The notes below the pieces were generated by a model. It was not told where the DNA came from, did not search any database, and saw only the letters and a program-made list of their open reading frames with translations. The translations under genes and the position numbers were made by a program. From NCBI RefSeq assembly GCF_963921235.1, contig NC_086107.1:100938001-101002000 (forward strand): a DNA stretch of 64,000 nucleotides, given 5' to 3'. The first letter of the stretch is position 1, and each line of letters opens with the position of its first letter. Positions 62,874 through 64,000 of this stretch are shown here, one piece after another. The stretch is from Mobula hypostoma. Its lineage: Eukaryota.

Positions 62874-62951
62874 ACCGACCGGGAAGGCTCTCAGCGGACT
62901 TTCTCCAAAAGCAGAATGCGAGATGCTTCCACAGACACTAAGTACGACGTG
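62874..62951 (+). CDS. Candidate symmetric coding exon (78 nt, phase 0 to 0)
   Basis: Acceptor tactccctcttag and strong donor GTG|gtaagt; open as TDREGSQRTFSKSRMRDASTDTKYDV. Phase-compatible with exon 60620-60755. Confidence 0.45.
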
Positions 62952-63329
62952 GTAAGTGTGTAGATTGTTAATGTATCACAGTAAATGGATTTGGCATCCT
63001 TCAGGGCATTTACCACCGTTTGGGCAAGAAACCGATTTAATACTGGTTTCAGCGGGCAGTGTCAATGGAACAATGGCTTTGGTTTTACCACCTCAGGGGA
63101 ATTACTAAACAGAATCTGACAGTGACTCAAATGAGGAGGCGTCCAAAAAGCCTTGTCAACAACAGAAGGTTTTAAGGAGGATAGAAAGGTTTAGGAAGAG
63201 ATTTAAGGCCGATGTAGCATAAGGAGTGCCCAGGAAAAGTGAAAGCTGTTAAGCAGGTTTGGATAGCAGAGGCTGAAGGTGGTTTCAAGGGATAGGGATA
63301 TATATTTTGCTCCAAGTATATGCCTTTAA

Positions 63330-63870
63330 GACCATGAGACTAGAAGACATAGGAGCAGAATTAGGCCATTCGGCCCTTTGAGTCTGCTCTGCCATTCCAT
63401 CATGGCTGATTTATTTTCCCTCTTAACCCCATTCTCCTGCCTTCTCCCCGTAACCTTTGACGCCCTTACTAATCAAAAATCTATCAACCTCCCCTTTAAA
63501 TATTCCCATTAATTTGGTCTCCACAGCCATCTATGGCAATGAATTCCACAGATTCACCACACTCTGGCTAAAGAACTTCCTCCTCATCTCTGTTTATCCT
63601 TCATCCTTCTATTCTGAGGCTGTGTCCTCTGATTCTAGACTCCCCCACTGTAGGAAACATCTTTGCCACATCCACTCTACCTGTGTCCTCTGGTTGTAGA
63701 CTGCCCCACTATAGGAAACATTCTTTCCACGTCCACTCTATGTAGACCTTTCAATTTTCGATAGATTTCAATGAGAACCCACCCCCCCATTCTTCTAAAC
63801 TCCAGCGAGTGTAGGTCCAAAGTCATCAATTGCTGCTCGTACATTAACCTTTCCATTCCTGGGTTTATTC
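63330..63870 (-). mobile_element. CR1 LINE 3' fragment
   Basis: Reverse of the CR1 3' UTR (ataggagcagaattaggccattcggccc...). Similar fragments at ~5215-5520, 38538-39095, 51918-52225, 61090-61380 (-) and 9480-9935, 49525-49742 (+). Confidence 0.8.
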
Positions 63871-64000
63871 TTGGTTTCCTGATCTGAGATGGCAGACACT
63901 ATGTTTGAACAGAAAGATGGGTAGGATGAGGTCACACAGTCCCTCAATCCTTCTCCGCTATTTGATAAGGTCACCTCTGTGATTTGATTGCTAGGCAGTT

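Noticed and set aside
63620..63742. ~61-bp direct repeat
   Set aside because: Local tandem duplication inside a decayed CR1 tail; nothing indicates function.

Overview
Eukaryotic, repeat-dense vertebrate DNA; the repeat complement (HE1-like V-SINEs, CR1, Rex1/Babar, RTE, Penelope, Tc1/mariner, hAT) suggests a cartilaginous fish, probably a ray (inference). The window appears to be the interior of one + strand host gene of the TRIOBP/MPRIP family, most like TRIOBP. I propose a phase-consistent chain of six coding exons: 12459-12580, 39520-39598, 39701-39872, 41635-42052, 60620-60755 and 62874-62951. Exon 41635-42052 is well supported; the others rest on splice signals, phase and recalled homology. 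Introns are filled with mostly decayed transposons, including a near full-length degenerate CR1, a young 5'-truncated CR1, a 5'-truncated L1 with TSD, an internally deleted hAT with TIRs and 8-bp TSD, a Penelope RT/GIY-YIG remnant, MITEs and a ~70-copy 23-bp minisatellite. The most notable observation is a dispersed family of ~200-250 bp non-coding palindromic elements derived from Penelope termini. They carry minimal hammerhead-ribozyme cores and insert with 11-18 bp target-site duplications. Most short ORFs in the track are artefacts. Repeat boundaries are approximate unless TSDs or TIRs are given, and all homology calls are from memory, not from searches.
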